From Gordius albopunctatus (taxonomy: Eukaryota): a DNA stretch of 64,000 nt. Shown in pieces: positions 63,142 through 64,000 of the stretch (the stretch's first letter is position 1; every line of letters starts with the position of its first letter). Location of the stretch: contig OZ193909.1 of NCBI GenBank assembly GCA_964276515.1, positions 3,162,001 to 3,226,000 on the forward strand, in the 5' to 3' direction. A program made the translations under genes and the position numbers. The notes under the pieces were generated by a model. The model did no database searches. It worked only from the letters and a program-made list of their open reading frames with translations, and was not told the origin of the DNA.

Positions 63142-63210
63142 AAAATAGATTTAAATAAAATAGATTTAAATAAAATAGATTTAAATAAAATAGATTTAAA
63201 TAAAATAAAA
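63142..63210. repeat. 16-bp tandem repeat (AAAATAGATTTAAATA) x ~4
   Basis: Directly visible in the Penelope 3' UTR. Confidence 0.9.
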
Positions 63211-64000
63211 ACTAAACAGAATGTTCTTTTGGTAGTGATAAATTAGTGTGTATCCAAGGGTAGAGGGGTACCCTTCCCATATCTTCATTTAAAGTGAGGT
63301 TAAGTCTTCTAATAAAGAAGGACTCTAACGTCTTCCTTTCAAAATATGATTTTGTAAAAAGTAGAATTGATTGTTTGAGTTTTGACGTATGATTTTTCTT
63401 TAAAATGTGGTTAGATACTCCTGTAGGCACCCCCCCGTTGGGGCGAAATAAAGCTGCCAAGTGTTCTTTAAGCCTAACTCTTAAGTCTCTTTTTGTTTCC
63501 CCAATGTAAAACTGGTTGCAATCACTACAACTAATTTTATAGATAACGTTATTTGTCTGTAAATCGGATTCATAGTTATTTTGTAATATTGTTAAGAGTG
63601 ATTCATTAGGTTTTTGTGTGATGATGATGTTATTAATATCATTTCTTTTTAAAAATTTTTTAATGCTTTTTAAAAATATAAATGGTAACGATGGGTGATG
63701 CGGAAAATGTATAAATGTTTTATCATTAATATTTTTTTGCTTATTTTCCGTTAAAAAACATTTTGTTAGAATATTATTGAAAAGTTGATTTGGATATCCA
63801 AGAGAACAGAATGTTTCATATAAATAAACCATTTATTTAATATATGCTGATTGTGAAGAGGATAAATGAATTGCTCGATTAATAAGCCAACGTAAAGTAT
63901 TGACTTTAAAAGTGAAAGGAGTAAAACTATTAAAAGGAATATAGTTCAAACGTGATTCCGTAGGTTTGTGATAAACCTGAGTATGAAAAATATTTTGATT

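Larger units (their letters stand above)
63060..64000 (-). mobile_element. Penelope-like retroelement, 3' part (RT C-terminus plus GIY-YIG endonuclease), truncated by the window edge
   Basis: The frame from 64000 reads FHTQVYHKPT...YIPFNSFTP..FKVN....LINRA, has an in-frame TAA at 63835-63833, then continues as ORF 63832-63212 with VIYKISCSDCNQFYIGETKRDLRVRLKEH...RKTLESFFI...LNEDMG. Confidence 0.9.

Noticed and set aside
63833..63835. Programmed stop-codon readthrough in the Penelope ORF
   Set aside because: A single nonsense mutation (for example GAA to TAA) in an inactive copy is the simpler explanation.

Overview
AT-rich, intron-containing animal (invertebrate-type) genomic DNA; the organism cannot be named from the sequence. 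Three spliced protein-coding genes were reconstructed by hand with phase-consistent GT-AG introns: (1) a minus-strand Shroom-like N-terminal-PDZ protein (ATG 25736, six exons traced to ~3363, 3' end probably beyond the left edge); (2) head-to-head with it, a complete 15-exon BAR+RhoGAP gene of the ARHGAP17/ARHGAP44 (RICH) family (30152-44558, 912 aa); (3) a complete 10-exon indoleamine 2,3-dioxygenase-family gene (51440-60006, 391 aa). Introns and intergenic DNA are dense with transposons: several hAT-type MITE families with 8-bp TSDs, four non-autonomous Helitrons, and a DINE-1/Helentron-like element that appears to carry a captured serpin fragment. At the right end is a nested cluster: an RTE LINE interrupted by a deleted hAT element, next to a Penelope-like GIY-YIG element. 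A complete minimal type I hammerhead ribozyme lies antisense in IDO intron 7, and a degenerate one sits in the Penelope 3' region. No rRNA, real tRNA or CRISPR array was found. All assignments come from reading the sequence and recalled family motifs; no database search was run.
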